A stretch of 39,449 nt of DNA, from assembly GCA_029935075.1 (NCBI GenBank), contig JAOZKZ010000002.1:1-39449 (forward strand). The letters run 5' to 3'. Under the pieces are notes generated by a model, which ran no database searches, was not told the DNA's origin, and saw nothing but the letters and a program-made list of their open reading frames with translations. Positions 38,316 to 39,449 of the stretch are shown in pieces (within the stretch, counting starts at the first letter, position 1; each line of letters starts with the position of its first letter). This DNA is from Campylobacterales bacterium. Its GTDB lineage: Bacteria > Campylobacterota > Campylobacteria > Campylobacterales > QNZT01. A program made the position numbers and the translations under genes.

Positions 38316-39449
38316 CTAGGTTTCTACTATTTCAATCTCATCATCTGTCAGTTCATAAAGTTTATAAACCATCTCATCTATTTCATTTTCTAAGTCGCTC
38401 GTATCAATATTTTGTTGTTTTGATTCTATAATTTTATTGACTAATTCCACAAATGGTTTTTGACTATTTATATCTATTTCCACTATAGATAATTTTTCTA
38501 AATCAGTTGGCTTAATATTAACATCTGTAAAACTTTTTCTATAAATCCAATTTATCATTTTTGAATTTAAAATAGCGAGAATATACTTTAAATCAATATT
38601 TGAATTATCTCGTTTAATAAAATTACTCAATGCTGGGTTATTGTAATATTCTTTTTCTGTATATGTGGCAACTATTCTAACTTTTAATTTTGGATTTCTT
38701 ATTCTTTGCACTAAAATTCTTGGGTTTGTAAAAAACTTTTTAGGTCTTTTTCTATGAAGCCATTTACCATAACTTATCCAACTCTTTTCATTCCATTGAA
38801 GTTTATATTTACCTATATCTCGACCATCTATTTCTTTTTTAAATGTTTCATCTTTTTTGTAATCTGAATGATAGCCCCTTGTAGATACAATCTCCTCACT
38901 TTGGGATTCTCTTGAATACGGAACCAAACCTTGACTTGATTCACAAAAATCTTTTATTTGCTTCTTGCCTCTTTTTATTTTCTTTAATAATTCTGCATCA
39001 TCTTCCTCCAATAGGTAATTGAAGATATACCCATCATTCTCTAAAAATCTTTTTTGCGGTACTAGTTTTGTCTTTTTATTAAAATTTTCATCAATAATAT
39101 CTATTCTCATGATATTATTTTTAGGTATTTTATTTTCAATAAGAATAGTTATCGTATCAATGGTTGCATCTTCAAATACCTTAAAGTTGTATTTTTCTAA
39201 GGCTGTCATTTGGTACCCTAAAATAAATTTTCTTAAATTTTCTGACTGTTGTAAAATCATCCAAGTATCTGGAACAATAAAATTTAATATACCATTAGGT
39301 TTTAGTAAAAATAGACTTCTGTACATAAAGAAGTGATAAGTATCATATTTCCCTTTAGCGATTTGTTTGTATATTTCTTTAAATAATGTTTTTTCTTCTC
39401 GCGACAGATTGGCACCGTAAGGCGGATTGCCTATAATAACATCAAAACC
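38316..39449 (-). CDS. N6-adenine DNA methyltransferase (NPPY, Eco57I/TaqI-like), 5'-truncated by the window edge
   Basis: The frame is open to base 39449 and in phase with the track ORF. My own translation from the edge is GFDVIIGNPPYGANLSREEKTLFKEIYKQIAKGKYDTYHFFMYRS... The C-terminal region resembles a TaqI-like target-recognition domain. The DNA is very AT-rich. Confidence 0.7.
   Translation of the reverse strand, partial: GFDVIIGNPPYGANLSREEKTLFKEIYKQIAKGKYDTYHFFMYRSLFLLKPNGILNFIVPDTWMILQQSENLRKFILGYQMTALEKYNFKVFEDATIDTITILIENKIPKNNIMRIDIIDENFNKKTKLVPQKRFLENDGYIFNYLLEEDDAELLKKIKRGKKQIKDFCESSQGLVPYSRESQSEEIVSTRGYHSDYKKDETFKKEIDGRDIGKYKLQWNEKSWISYGKWLHRKRPKKFFTNPRILVQRIRNPKLKVRIVATYTEKEYYNNPALSNFIKRDNSNIDLKYILAILNSKMINWIYRKSFTDVNIKPTDLEKLSIVEIDINSQKPFVELVNKIIESKQQNIDTSDLENEIDEMVYKLYELTDDEIEIVET

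Overview
This window is part of a T4-superfamily phage genome from an AT-rich Gram-negative host. No rRNA, tRNA or CRISPR array was found.

Layout:
- Minus-strand early/replication genes occupy 18..10978 and 32806..39449. They include RNase H, gp32 SSB, gp45 clamp, an interrupted UvsW helicase, a MoxR-class AAA+ ATPase, a vWA/HExxH protein, a gp41-like helicase, a possible gp62, an outer-membrane beta-barrel moron and an NPPY methyltransferase that runs off the right edge.
- A plus-strand late block occupies 11069..32803, plus 34476..34889. It holds gp23-like and gp24-like capsid proteins, three large Gly/Thr-rich or beta-helix proteins, a lysis cassette (3-TM holin candidate, spanin pair, GH19 muramidase, T7-lysozyme-like amidase), four fibre-like paralogues with a shared N-terminal module, a 1283-aa fibre with two RCC1 propellers, a tandem TPR/GT9-like protein and a papain-like protease.
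- DNA polymerase, primase, terminase, portal, tail sheath/tube, gp44, gp55 and gp33 are not in the window.

Two promoter classes can be read directly. Ten sites match TTTAAG-N10/11-TATAAT, mostly with an extended -10 (nine face minus-strand genes, one faces plus). Seven T4-type TATAAATA late promoters precede plus-strand genes.

Most notable observations:
1. uvsW is fractured inside its Walker A motif by an intein-like element split over two translationally coupled ORFs. The Hint N-piece is very short and is fused to an HNH nuclease.
2. Six otherwise unrelated early ORFs around the MoxR gene all end in the peptide [DN][YNH]-P-E-x-x-L-stop.
3. The MoxR ATPase gene and a vWA/HExxH protein gene lie about 24 kb apart but carry an identical 40-nt promoter/leader.
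4. A perfect 55-bp inverted repeat (stem-loop terminator plus promoter) brackets the left 10.5-kb early block. Both copies abut gene remnants.
5. Anti-SD hairpins wrapped around late promoters resemble T4 gene e control, including at the head of the lysis cassette.

All homology statements rest on motif recognition by eye. No searches were run.
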